DNA of 64,000 bases from an uncultured delta proteobacterium (GTDB taxonomy: Bacteria > Desulfobacterota > Desulfuromonadia > Desulfuromonadales > BM103), in the NCBI GenBank assembly GCA_963715335.1, contig CAVQRZ010000009.1:96001-160000 (forward strand), written 5' to 3'. Every line of letters begins with the position of its first letter. The stretch's first letter is position 1. The notes under the pieces were generated by a model. It was given only the letters and a program-made list of their open reading frames with translations. It ran no database searches and was not told the DNA's origin. This document shows positions 21,257 to 31,064 of the stretch, in pieces. Made by a program: the position numbers and the translations under genes.

Positions 21257-21362
21257 GGCAGAGAGGTCTTGAAACCCTTGCCAAGCGTGACTTGTCTGCC
21301 TGGTCATAGTTGCCGGTTTCGCAGTTGCTGCTAAGCTGGACAGGAAGGGAGAGAGGAAAGCT

Positions 21363-21905
21363 ATGGAAGAACCCGTGACGGCCAAGGCCATTTTTGCCGG
21401 CGGCTGCTTCTGGTGCATGGAGCCGCCCTTTGAAAAACTTGACGGCGTACACGCCGTGGTCTCCGGCTACATCGCCGGCCACAAGGAGAATCCAACCTAC
21501 CAGGAAGTTTCGTCCGGGACGACCGGACATACCGAGGCCGTCGAAATCAGCTATGACCCGGCCAAAGTCAGCTTCGCAGAATTGCTCGACGTCTTCTGGA
21601 TGAACGTCGACCCGACCGACGCCGGCGGCCAGTTTGTCGACCGTGGCAGCCAGTACCGTACCGGCATCTACTATCTCGACGACGAGCAGAGGCAGCTGGC
21701 CGAAGCATCAAAGGACCGGCTTGACAAGTCAGGCCGCTTCGACCGGCCGGTGGTGACCGAGATCGTTGCCGCAACCAGATTCTACCCGGCCGAAGCTTAC
21801 CACCAGGATTACTACAAGGAGAGCCCGATCCGTTACAAGTCCTACCGTTACAATTCGGGCCGTGACCAGTTTATCGACCGGGTCTGGGGGAAGGACGAGA
21901 CATAA
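21363..21905 (+). CDS. msrA: Methionine-S-sulfoxide reductase (possible N-terminal signal from TTG 21269 broken by a 1-nt deletion)
   Basis: [30 protein letters not shown]. Confidence 0.93.
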   Translation: MEEPVTAKAIFAGGCFWCMEPPFEKLDGVHAVVSGYIAGHKENPTYQEVSSGTTGHTEAVEISYDPAKVSFAELLDVFWMNVDPTDAGGQFVDRGSQYRTGIYYLDDEQRQLAEASKDRLDKSGRFDRPVVTEIVAATRFYPAEAYHQDYYKESPIRYKSYRYNSGRDQFIDRVWGKDET

Positions 21906-22051
21906 ACGAACCTATTCCTCAAGGCAGCCAAACACGCTCCGGCACTTGAATATGCCGGGGCTCCAGGCTGCTGACAAAGTTCAGCCTGACTTCATTATAG
22001 AGAGGGCAACAGAGAGATAATCTGTTGCCCTTTTCCATTGGACTTTGGAAT

Positions 22052-22487
22052 TCAAAGACAAAAGCAAACCCCGGGGGTTGCGCCCCCCGACTGCGCCTTA
22101 CTCTTTTATTGGCCTAAAAGAGTAAGCAGAAAAGGGCCTGCGCTGCGCTGGGCATGTCTGGCGCGGCAGGGCGGCAACCTCAATCCGGATCGTTTTAAAC
22201 GATCAGGAGTCTACGCTTCCCCCGCAGGAATCGAGGCTCTTGAGAGCCTCTCCATTCGTGGAGAGTTGCATCGGTTGTGATGTTTTTACGCTTTTCCCTG
22301 GTAAATCACACGGCAAGGTCAGGCCCTTTGACACAGGGCCGGATTCCCATCACAGCAGGTTCTTGAAGTCACAGAAACCCGGCAGAGGAGATGCCCTCCG
22401 CAAGGAGCAGGCACTTTTGCATACTTTTGTTGCCGGACAAAAGTATGGCGTCCGGCGGGACGCGACCCGCCGGTTTTTGTCTTTCAA
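22052..22487 (-). mobile_element. 430-bp structured repeat, copy C
   Basis: Reverse complement of 9453-9892 with scattered substitutions. Confidence 0.8.
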
Positions 22488-22620
22488 GAAAAAGCACAAG
22501 GGATGCCCCGTTGCGGAAACCAAACATGCCCGCCTCACAGGTAAAACGGCATGACCGCAAGTCACAATATAGCCGCTTGCAGCGGGGCTGCCTACCTGGT
22601 GGCGAATTGGCCGGCTGTGA

Positions 22621-23022
22621 TTATGGCAGCGTCAGATCCGGAGTGCCGCTGCCAATCAGGTCAAGGGCCTGCTCTATTGCAAAGTAGACGAGAAATTTTG
22701 GCCCTTTTGAAGAGTCTTCTTCGGGCGTCAGGCAACGCCTGGTCAGCTGCTGAAGCAACGCGGCGTCCTGGTCCTCCCTGACTTTTTTCAGATGCAGCCG
22801 TATCCCCTTGTAGCCGCGCTCTGCGGCGATGAACAGGTAGCAGGCATAGGGATTCTTCTCCAGGTTTTTATGGGTAAGCCGGTCGCGCATGATAAAAGCA
22901 AGGGTCCCGTCAGCCATGACGTGCGGCCGGGCATAGATGGCGGCATTGACCTTGCCTTGACTGTCGGCACTTGAGAAAACCCCTGTGCCGCTCGCCTTTT
23001 CGAAATATTCTTTCAATTGCAT
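22621..23022 (-). CDS. Pyridoxamine 5'-phosphate oxidase-like FMN-binding protein
   Basis: GVFSSAD..G.VNAAIYARPH...RLTHKNL..NP pattern. Confidence 0.8.
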   Translation of the reverse strand: MQLKEYFEKASGTGVFSSADSQGKVNAAIYARPHVMADGTLAFIMRDRLTHKNLEKNPYACYLFIAAERGYKGIRLHLKKVREDQDAALLQQLTRRCLTPEEDSSKGPKFLVYFAIEQALDLIGSGTPDLTLP

Positions 23023-23366
23023 GATTATTCTCCTTGGCAGGTTTTGTCTGCTCCTCTAAGGGTACCCGAAAAAACCCCTGGCACAATTCGGAGCCTGACG
23101 ATTTCCGCGCCTGAGAGGCCACTGGCCCTCCTCCCGCCCCCTGACAGACCATCCGCTGCCAAAACACCCAGGATCCCGGCACCGCTAGGGGCTGTAGCCT
23201 TTGTTGATATGGCGCACCGCGGAAGATCCGGGCTCCCGGACCGCTGCCCTCCTGTCAGCGGTTTTGCCACGTCTCACCTGTAGCGGGGAGAGGTGACACT
23301 CTAGAGTGTCACCGTTTCAGAAAGAAAAAGGGAGCCAGACAAATTGTCTGGCTCCCTAATCTGAAA

Positions 23367-23411
23367 TGGCGCGCCACGAGAGATTCGAACTCCCGGCCTT
23401 CTGATCCGTAG
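23367..23411 (-). repeat. att site: 45-bp copy of the tRNA-Arg(ACG) 3' half
   Basis: Identical to 28179-28223 and 24118-24162. Confidence 0.92.
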
Positions 23412-23423
23412 AAAATGCGCAGG

Positions 23424-23927
23424 TTACCTCTTGAACGCTGAGAGCATCAATTCAAAGTCTTCTAAAAGGGCCTGCAGATCCTCTTCGTGTTCTACTTCTT
23501 GTTCGATAATCTGCAGAGCCATGTTGTAAGTTACCGGATCCTTATCCTTGGTCATGTCCATTAACCTCTTGTAGACACTGATGGCACACTGTTCACCAGC
23601 AATGTTCTGCTCCAGAAGTGTTTTCACAAAAGGGTCATCCGGCGGTTCGTACGCGCAGTTCGTCAGCTTGAACCAGTCGCGCGGATCGGTCACAGGATCA
23701 CCTCCCAACTGGATGATGCGGTTGGTCACCATCAGAGCATGATTAAGCTCCTCTGTTGCATGTAGTTCAAGTTCGGCAATAACCGCTTCCTTCATCGGCC
23801 CTTTAGCCACCTTTGCACCCGTCCAATACTGGTAGTATGCAAGCCATTCGTCGGCATAGGCCTTACGCAGCACTGAGATCAGTTCATCAACATCCAACCC
23901 GACTATTTCACGTCCCCTGCTTCCCAT
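23424..23927 (-). CDS. Ferritin-like protein (DpsL/bacterioferritin type)
   Basis: AYADEWLAYYQYW, EELNHA, GEQCAI, EVEHEEDL di-iron ligands. Confidence 0.85.
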   Translation of the reverse strand: MGSRGREIVGLDVDELISVLRKAYADEWLAYYQYWTGAKVAKGPMKEAVIAELELHATEELNHALMVTNRIIQLGGDPVTDPRDWFKLTNCAYEPPDDPFVKTLLEQNIAGEQCAISVYKRLMDMTKDKDPVTYNMALQIIEQEVEHEEDLQALLEDFELMLSAFKR

Positions 23928-24117
23928 AAATACCTCCTGATTTATTGATGATTGTCTACATCAGTCAGTAAACATACTACATTGTTTGTTTTGAGTTTCC
24001 AGTAACGTCAGGCATTTCGGATAAACCTTGTTGCCTAATAAACAGGTAGGTCGCAGTTCTGTAGAAAATTAAAACAAAGGCCTCAACACCGATGAAGTGT
24101 TGAGGCCTTTGTTTTTA

Positions 24118-24162
24118 TGGCGCGCCACGAGAGATTCGAACTCCCGGCCTTCTGATCCGTAG
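24118..24162 (-). repeat. att site: 45-bp copy of the tRNA-Arg(ACG) 3' half
   Basis: Identical to the tRNA 3' half, starting at the anticodon loop. Confidence 0.92.
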
Positions 24163-24462
24163 GCAGCTGGCTCTTTGGCGCAACGGGAGCCCTAACCTAA
24201 TGAAATACAGTGTTTTTTCTTTTGGTTTTGCTCAACATCCTTTTAGCTCAAAATCGAGCGTAAAATGGGCTAAAAGCCCATAAAACCTGAAGAGTACAGC
24301 GCAACACAGGTGAAACATTTACCACCATGGGACCACCCAAAACAATGGCTTTAACCAAGCGCGACAATCTTCATTGGCCGCTGCCAAGTTCAGCCTTCTC
24401 GCAAGAGACAGGATGTTTACACCATACTTTTAGTCCTTTTTCATATCTGATATATTGCGCCT

Positions 24463-26871
24463 ATGGAAGAGAATGACAAAGCTGCTATGGGGGAGACTCC
24501 CTCGCATGAGACCGCAGATCAATACCAAAAATTACAGGAAGAGAACTCCCGTCTTAAAGCATTGCTGAAACAGCATGGAATCTCGTGGGATGAAGAACAA
24601 ATTAATGCTTCCCGTGTGCCATTGACAAACGACCTGCCGGTATACCTTTCTACCGATCAAAAAGTTACACTTTTCCGACGTCTTTTTCGCGGGCGAGTGG
24701 ACATTTATCCAACACGCTGGAAATCAGCAAAAGGGAGGTCCGGTTACTCCCCTGCCTGTGGCAATGAATGGAAGACAGGTCTGTGTAATAAACCAAAAAT
24801 AAAATGTGCTGATTGCAACTATCGTCTCTTTCTTCCAGTCACAGATCAGGTTATTTACGACCATTTGTCAGGCAAGAATATCGTCGGAGTCTACCCGCTT
24901 CTTGAGGATGACACTTGCTATTTTCTTGCTGTTGATTTCGATAAATCCGAATGGAAAGAAGACTCCAAGTCTTTTATACAATCGTGCATTGAACTAGATA
25001 TCCCTGCAGCATTGGAGATCTCACGTTCTGGAAAAGGTGCTCATGTTTGGGTCTTCTTCTCCCATTCTGTGCCTGCCCGTGAGGCCAGGCAGTTGGGTGC
25101 TGCACTGATCAGCTATACCTGTGATAAAACCCGCCAACTTTCCCTTGCCAGCTACGACCGGTTCTTCCCGAATCAAGATATTATGCCCAAGGGTGGCTTC
25201 GGCAACTTGATTGCTCTGCCATTGCAGAAACAACCCCGTGAAAACGGCTGTAGCGTCTTTGTTGACCACGACCTAACCCCATACTCAGACCAATGGCAAT
25301 ACCTGTTGTCACTGAAGCCAATGGCCCCGTCTGAACTTGAGGGTGCGCTGCTCCGTGCATGTGATGGCAAGCATCCCCTTGATGTGGCTTTTCTGTCTGA
25401 AGAAAATGATTACAAGCCGTGGCAAAGGCCGTTAGCTGCTCAGAACCAAATTTCCGGGTCGCTCCCAGAGGAATTAAACCTGGTCGTAGCCAATCAGGTT
25501 TTCATTGCAAAAAATGATCTCCCCCAAACCTTGGCAAATCGACTGATTCGCATAGCGGCGTTTCAGAATCCTGAGTTCTACAAGGCTCAAGCAATGCGCT
25601 TGCCCGTTTGGGATAAGCCACGCATCATCGGATGCGCTGAAAACTTCCCACATCATATCGGTCTGCCAAGTGGTTGTCTGGAACCTGTGCTTGAATTGTT
25701 GGCGCAGAATAACGTCCGGGCGGTAATTCAGAATGAGCAAGTATCAGGCAAGAAGATTACAACCAAGTTTACCGGTCAGTTGCGTAACGACCAAAAGACT
25801 TCAGTCAGAAATATGATGAAGCACAACATGGGTGTGCTTTGCGCCCCAACAGCTTTTGGAAAGACTGTTACGGCTGCCGCGATGATTGCACGCCGTAAGG
25901 TGAGTACCTTGATTTTAGTTCATCGAACGGAACTTCTGACTCAATGGAAGGAAAGAATGGCGACATTCCTTGATCTTCCCAAGGGGCTACCTGGTGCCCT
26001 TGGAGGGGGCAAAAACAAACTCTCTGGGGAAATTGATATTGCCGTTATGCAGTCACTATCTAAGCGGGAAGATATACATGAGATTCTTGATTCTTATGGC
26101 CAAATCATTATCGATGAATGTCATCATATCTCAGCTTTTTCTTTTGAGACGATCCTTAAGCAGGCAAAAGCCAAATTTATTCTTGGCCTGACAGCAACAC
26201 CCGTAAGACGTGATGGTCATCATCCCATAATTTTCATGCAATGCGGTCCCATTAGGCACACTGCTGCCCAACCAAAGAACCTGCCAACGGAACTTAAGGT
26301 ATGGCCACAATATGTTCCTGCACCGAGTTGTCCACATGATGCAGAAATCCAGGAGGTCTTTAAAGCACTTGTCAACGATGTTAAGCGAACAGAGAAAATT
26401 GCCAGTGATATTGTCAATGCGTATCAAGAAGGAAGAAAAGTCTTGGTTCTGACCGAGCGAACTGAACATTTGAGCCTGCTGCAGACTTGTTTGGCTGAAG
26501 CTGTCCCAACCTGCTATGTTCTTCATGGTCGTCTGTCAAAAAAACAGCGGGCAGCAACATTCGACTCACTTAGCGAACTCGATGAAAAGGCCCCCAGAGT
26601 TCTTCTGGCAACAGGCCGTTTCATAGGTGAAGGCTTTGATCATCCACCTCTTGACACGTTGGTGCTCGCCATGCCCATTTCATGGAAAGGAACACTGCAG
26701 CAGTATGCTGGCCGGTTACACCGTGAGCATTCGGAGAAAAAGGACGTTCGAATCTATGACTACATTGAGCGCGACCAGCCAAAACTCGCTAGGATGTGGG
26801 ATAAACGTGAACGAGGTTATCGTGCAATGGGGTACAAGGTTTGCTCACAGCAAATTAAGTCTGACGGTTGA
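24463..26871 (+). CDS. Archaeo-eukaryotic primase-like domain fused to SF2 DEAD/DEAH helicase (TOTE-conflict-system type)
   Basis: AVDFD, SRSGKGAHVW and GNLIALP primase motifs; APTAFGKT, DECHH, TATP and QYAGRLHR helicase motifs. Confidence 0.8.
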   Translation: MEENDKAAMGETPSHETADQYQKLQEENSRLKALLKQHGISWDEEQINASRVPLTNDLPVYLSTDQKVTLFRRLFRGRVDIYPTRWKSAKGRSGYSPACGNEWKTGLCNKPKIKCADCNYRLFLPVTDQVIYDHLSGKNIVGVYPLLEDDTCYFLAVDFDKSEWKEDSKSFIQSCIELDIPAALEISRSGKGAHVWVFFSHSVPAREARQLGAALISYTCDKTRQLSLASYDRFFPNQDIMPKGGFGNLIALPLQKQPRENGCSVFVDHDLTPYSDQWQYLLSLKPMAPSELEGALLRACDGKHPLDVAFLSEENDYKPWQRPLAAQNQISGSLPEELNLVVANQVFIAKNDLPQTLANRLIRIAAFQNPEFYKAQAMRLPVWDKPRIIGCAENFPHHIGLPSGCLEPVLELLAQNNVRAVIQNEQVSGKKITTKFTGQLRNDQKTSVRNMMKHNMGVLCAPTAFGKTVTAAAMIARRKVSTLILVHRTELLTQWKERMATFLDLPKGLPGALGGGKNKLSGEIDIAVMQSLSKREDIHEILDSYGQIIIDECHHISAFSFETILKQAKAKFILGLTATPVRRDGHHPIIFMQCGPIRHTAAQPKNLPTELKVWPQYVPAPSCPHDAEIQEVFKALVNDVKRTEKIASDIVNAYQEGRKVLVLTERTEHLSLLQTCLAEAVPTCYVLHGRLSKKQRAATFDSLSELDEKAPRVLLATGRFIGEGFDHPPLDTLVLAMPISWKGTLQQYAGRLHREHSEKKDVRIYDYIERDQPKLARMWDKRERGYRAMGYKVCSQQIKSDG

Positions 26872-26994
26872 TTTTTGAGACAGGTCGAACTTTGACGTTT
26901 CAGGTCAATAAACGTATATTACCGAGTGTGACAGTTGCTTGGTCACGACACGCTGCTCGCAACTGACTATTTTGCAGATAAAAGAAAAGACCTA

Positions 26995-27969
26995 ATGAGT
27001 GATATTGTTATTTATCAGGCTGATGACGGACATCCGGGACTACAAGTCCAGTTGGACCAAGAAACGGTCTGGTTGACCCAGAAACAGATGGCTGAGCTGT
27101 TTGACAAAGACATTAGAACGGTCAATGAACATCTGAAAAATATTTTTAAAGAGGATGAGTTGGAGGAGGATTCAGTTGTCCGGAAATTCCGGATAACTGC
27201 CGCTGATGGGAAATCCTATAATGTGGGCCACTACAATCTCGATGTCATTATCTCCGTAGGGTATCGAGTAAAGTCTGTTCAGGGGACCCGTTTTCGTCAG
27301 TGGGCCACCCATACCCTCCGCAGTCACATTGTCGAAGGCTATACAGTCAACCAGCAACGCTTGGAAGAACAGGCTCAAAAATTTGTTGAGCTGCAAAAAG
27401 TGGTTGATCTCTTTTCCCGCACCCTGGATCAGCAGCAACTGATCAGCGATACTGGACGAGATGTGTTACAGGTCATCACCGACTACTCCTACGCCCTGGA
27501 CACTCTCGACCGTTTTGACCACGGAAGCTTGTCTGTAGAGGCAACCAGTGGTCCTGCAAGTTTCGTACTGCAATATAATGAGGCAATTTCAATCGTTCAG
27601 TCTATGAAAAAAGATTTCGATGGGCTCTTCGGTCAAGAAAAGGACCAAGGTTTCAAGAGCGCTCTCGGCGCCATCTCTCAGACCTTTGATGGCAAGGATG
27701 TCTATGTTAGCATTGAGGAGAAAGCCGCCCATCTACTTTACTTCATCGTCAAGAACCACGCTTTTACCGATGGAAACAAGCGCATTGCCGCTGCTGTTTT
27801 TATCTATTTTTTGGCGCGGAACGGAATCCTCTACCGTCCCGACGGAAGCAAGCGTCTGGCCGACAATGCCCTGGTGGCGCTCACATTACTGATTGCCGAA
27901 AGTCGACCGGAAGAGAAGGACACCATCATTAAGGTTATTGTTAATCTAATTAACCAAAGCAACGATTGA
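26995..27969 (+). CDS. RhuM-Fic/DOC fusion protein
   Basis: ETVWLTQKQMAELF and YNLDVIISVGYRV (RhuM); HAFTDGNKR (Fic/Doc). Confidence 0.88.
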   Translation: MSDIVIYQADDGHPGLQVQLDQETVWLTQKQMAELFDKDIRTVNEHLKNIFKEDELEEDSVVRKFRITAADGKSYNVGHYNLDVIISVGYRVKSVQGTRFRQWATHTLRSHIVEGYTVNQQRLEEQAQKFVELQKVVDLFSRTLDQQQLISDTGRDVLQVITDYSYALDTLDRFDHGSLSVEATSGPASFVLQYNEAISIVQSMKKDFDGLFGQEKDQGFKSALGAISQTFDGKDVYVSIEEKAAHLLYFIVKNHAFTDGNKRIAAAVFIYFLARNGILYRPDGSKRLADNALVALTLLIAESRPEEKDTIIKVIVNLINQSND

Positions 27970-28178
27970 CAAGAGTGAGTGCCAGTCGCACGGTCCTGAC
28001 AGATCTCTTTTCAAGTCAAGCCATCACATCACCATCCTGTTTCGCAAGTCTGCAAACTTCCTATAAACCTAGCCCCTACGACGAACCACTAAAATAGTCA
28101 CCGGAACCTCCACAGACCACACAGCACTAAAATTAAAAAATGACTTAGCCTTATAATGGGCTAAGTCATTGATTTAAT

Positions 28179-28255
<77 letters not shown>

Positions 28256-28321
28256 AAAGGAACGAGGTTTATCGCTTAATGGTAACCGAATGTCAAGCCT
28301 TTTCAAGCCGGACGGTTAAAC

Positions 28322-28459
28322 TGGCGGAGAGGGGGGGATTCGCCCACTCCCTCGCCAACTCGCGTTGGCTCCTGCGTAGGCTCCCCTACACTCACTGCCG
28401 CGAACCTCTCGGTTCGCTCTTCTGTCACTGGCAGCGTTCGCTCCGCTTCGAATCCCCGG
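28322..28459 (-). ncRNA. tRNA-Ser(GCT)-linked structured element with duplicated tRNA 3' end
   Basis: 28-bp direct repeat with the tRNA 3' end; core shared with 28637-28771; covarying hairpins. Confidence 0.7.
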
Positions 28460-28481
28460 AAGCGTTACAAGTAAGTTAAAC

Positions 28482-28571
<90 letters not shown>

Positions 28572-28636
28572 GCTAACCACAAGTTTCGCGGACGCACAGT
28601 GTAGTGCCGTCGTCCGCAATTTTCAATCCTTAAATT

Positions 28637-28771
28637 TGGCGGAGGAGGTAGGATTCGCCCACTACGTCACCAGCTTCGCTGGTTCCTGCGTCGGCTCCCC
28701 TACGCTCACTGCCGCGGACGTGCCGTCCGCTCTTCTGCCACTGGCAGCGTTCGCTCCGCTTCGAATCCTAC
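28637..28771 (-). ncRNA. tRNA-Ser(TGA)-linked structured element with duplicated tRNA 3' end
   Basis: 25-bp direct repeat with the tRNA 3' end; same core as 28322-28459. Confidence 0.7.
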
Positions 28772-28797
28772 AGAATCCTGCGAAGCAAACTTGAATT

Positions 28798-28883
28798 TGG
28801 CGGAGGAGGTAGGATTCGAACCCACGGAACTTTCGTTCAACGGTTTTCAAGACCGCCGCCTTAAGCCACTCGGCCACTCCTCC
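28798..28883 (-). tRNA. tRNA-Ser(TGA)
   Basis: GGAGGAG acceptor, loop CT-TGA-AA, variable arm, CCA. Confidence 0.95.
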
Positions 28884-28918
28884 GTGCTGATACCTTTTAT
28901 ACGAAGCGGCGCTCCGTA

Positions 28919-30187
28919 TCAACCGATTTTTTCCAAACCGCCCATATAGGGGCGCAAAACCGCCGGGACGACGACCGATCCGTCTTCCTGCTGGTAGTTT
29001 TCCAGAACCGCCACCAGGGTGCGACCGACAGCCAGCCCCGAACCGTTCAGGGTGTGCACGAACTCCGGTTTGCTGCCCGCCTCGCGGCGGAAGCGGATGC
29101 CGGCGCGGCGCGCCTGGAAGTCGCGGAAATTCGAGCAGGACGAAATCTCGCGGTAGGCCTGCTGGCCCGGCAGCCAGACTTCGATATCGAAAGTCCGGGC
29201 GGCGGAGAAGCCGATGTCGGCGGTACACAGATCGACCACCCGGTAGGGCAGCTCGAGCGCCTGCAGGATCCCTTCGGCATCGGCAAGCAGTCTGGCCAGT
29301 TCGGCGTCGGAGTCTTCCGGCCGGGTGAACTTGACCAGTTCAACCTTGTTGAACTGGTGCTGGCGGATCAGACCCCGCGTATCGCGGCCGTGCGCACCGG
29401 CCTCCTTGCGGAAGCAGGGTGTGTACGCTGCAAAACAGATCGGCAGCAGGGCGCCGTCAAGGATCTCTTCGCGAAAGACGTTGGTCACCGGCACTTCGGC
29501 GGTCGGAATCAGGAAGTAATCGGGGTCGTCAAGGTGGAAGAGATCTGACTCGAATTTCGGCAGCTGGCCGGTGCCGGTCATGGCATCGCGGTTAACCATG
29601 AAGGGCGGCAGCATCTCGGTATACCTGTCGCCAGCGGTATGGGTGTCGAGCATGAAATTGATCAGGGCGCGCTCGAGCCGGGCACCGGCGCCCTTGGAGA
29701 GGGCGAAGCGGGCACCGGTAATCTTGGTCGCACGTTCGAAATCGATAATGTCCAGATCCTCGCCGATATCCCAATGGGCCTTCGGTTCGAAACTGAACTC
29801 GCGTGGCGTCCCCCAGCGGCTGCGCTCCGGGTTGTCCTCTTCCGAAGCGCCGATCGGGCATTCCGGATCGGGCAGGTTCGGCAGGGTCAACAGCAGGCCG
29901 TTGAGGTTGTCTTCAACCTGGCGCAGCGCCTCGTCAAGCTCCTTGATCGCCGCCGAGACCTCCTTCATCCGGGCAATCTCGCCCTGGACCTGGCCCTTGT
30001 CTTTAGTCTTGCCGATCAGCGCAGAGACCTGGTTGCGTTCGGCCTTGAGGGTTTCCGCTTCGCCGAGCAATTCACGGCGGCGCCCGTCGAGTTGACGAAA
30101 GCTGCCGAGATCGACGACTCCACCACGGGTGGTCAGGCGATGTTCGATATCGTGCAGATTGTCGCGCAGAAATTTGAGATCGAGCAT
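28919..30187 (-). CDS. serS: Serine--tRNA ligase
   Basis: MLDLKFLR start, [34 protein letters not shown]. Confidence 0.97.
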   Translation of the reverse strand: MLDLKFLRDNLHDIEHRLTTRGGVVDLGSFRQLDGRRRELLGEAETLKAERNQVSALIGKTKDKGQVQGEIARMKEVSAAIKELDEALRQVEDNLNGLLLTLPNLPDPECPIGASEEDNPERSRWGTPREFSFEPKAHWDIGEDLDIIDFERATKITGARFALSKGAGARLERALINFMLDTHTAGDRYTEMLPPFMVNRDAMTGTGQLPKFESDLFHLDDPDYFLIPTAEVPVTNVFREEILDGALLPICFAAYTPCFRKEAGAHGRDTRGLIRQHQFNKVELVKFTRPEDSDAELARLLADAEGILQALELPYRVVDLCTADIGFSAARTFDIEVWLPGQQAYREISSCSNFRDFQARRAGIRFRREAGSKPEFVHTLNGSGLAVGRTLVAVLENYQQEDGSVVVPAVLRPYMGGLEKIG

Positions 30188-30322
30188 TGGAATTGCTCCG
30201 CAATTCAGATAAGCGTTGAAGGTGAAAAGTAAAAGGGAACCGCTGTACAGCATTCCCGAGTCAAGAGAGGGAGTTCTAACACCTCTTGTTGGTCGCGTCA
30301 AGCCTCCGCCAGCCCCCAGCCC

Positions 30323-30895
30323 CTAGCCCCCGCCTTTAACCCACCAGTCGATATCGTCATCGAACCACCAGCGCGTCGAATCGGTTTCCCAGATCGTTTC
30401 TGCCAGGGTCCTCGCGTTCTCGGTCTGCAGCCGTTTAACGGTGGCCGGATACCATTCATCGGCGTAGCGATTGCCGAGGTCCTTATACTCCTTGAGCGCC
30501 AGGATCATCTCCAACTGGTCTGCGTCGTGGGCCAGGCACGCTTCACGGGTCAGGTTCGCCGCGAATTCTTCATGCAGGCTGCGGTAGTCGTCGCCGAAGG
30601 GCAGGGTGCGGGCCAGGTCCTCGACGGCCTTGCGTTCATCAACCTTGACGTACTTCTTGTTGACATAGTTGAGATCGCCGGTGCGCGCTTCGGGAATATC
30701 ATGGAACAGGCAGAGCAATACCACCCGGCCGGCATCGGCTTCGGCATCAAGCTGGGCCAAGGTGTAGCCGATCAGGCTGGTGCGAAAGATATGCTCGGCA
30801 ACCGATTCGGCACCGGAACCGAGGAACTGGAAACCGGTGCGTGGCGTACGCTTGAGCATGCCTGCTTCGAAGAGAAAGTTGGCGATGTTTTTCAT
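30323..30895 (-). CDS. HD domain phosphohydrolase (YfbR/HDDC2-like)
   Basis: LKRTPRTG, ESVAEH, LFHD, DADQLE. Confidence 0.85.
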   Translation of the reverse strand: MKNIANFLFEAGMLKRTPRTGFQFLGSGAESVAEHIFRTSLIGYTLAQLDAEADAGRVVLLCLFHDIPEARTGDLNYVNKKYVKVDERKAVEDLARTLPFGDDYRSLHEEFAANLTREACLAHDADQLEMILALKEYKDLGNRYADEWYPATVKRLQTENARTLAETIWETDSTRWWFDDDIDWWVKGGG

Positions 30896-31064
30896 AGCAT
30901 GTCCATGGTTCGGGAGGATGGGTACAGGTAAGTTTTAACGCAAAGGCGCAGAGGACGCAAAGAAATATCGGGACGAGCAAGGCTGGCGACAAACCAAAGC
31001 ATGTCAATCGACTTTTACTTTTGATTTTCCGCGTTCCTCGTACCGCGTACCGCGTCCCTGGCTT

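Larger units (their letters stand above)
24163..28178. mobile_element. Integrase-less genomic islet at tRNA-Arg
   Basis: Bounded by 45-bp direct repeats; visibly AT-richer than the flanks. Confidence 0.8.

Noticed and set aside
21288..21290. In-frame TGA upstream of msrA as selenocysteine
   Set aside because: It lies in a signal-peptide-like region with another in-frame TGA upstream and no start; a 1-nt deletion explains it better.
28322..28459. Intron-containing or additional tRNA gene
   Set aside because: No 5' acceptor strand, D-arm or anticodon arm; only the T-arm and 3' end are present.
28798..28883. Possible tRNA-Sec (TCA visible on the + strand)
   Set aside because: The gene is on the minus strand with anticodon TGA (reads UCA, Ser) and has a normal 7-bp acceptor stem.
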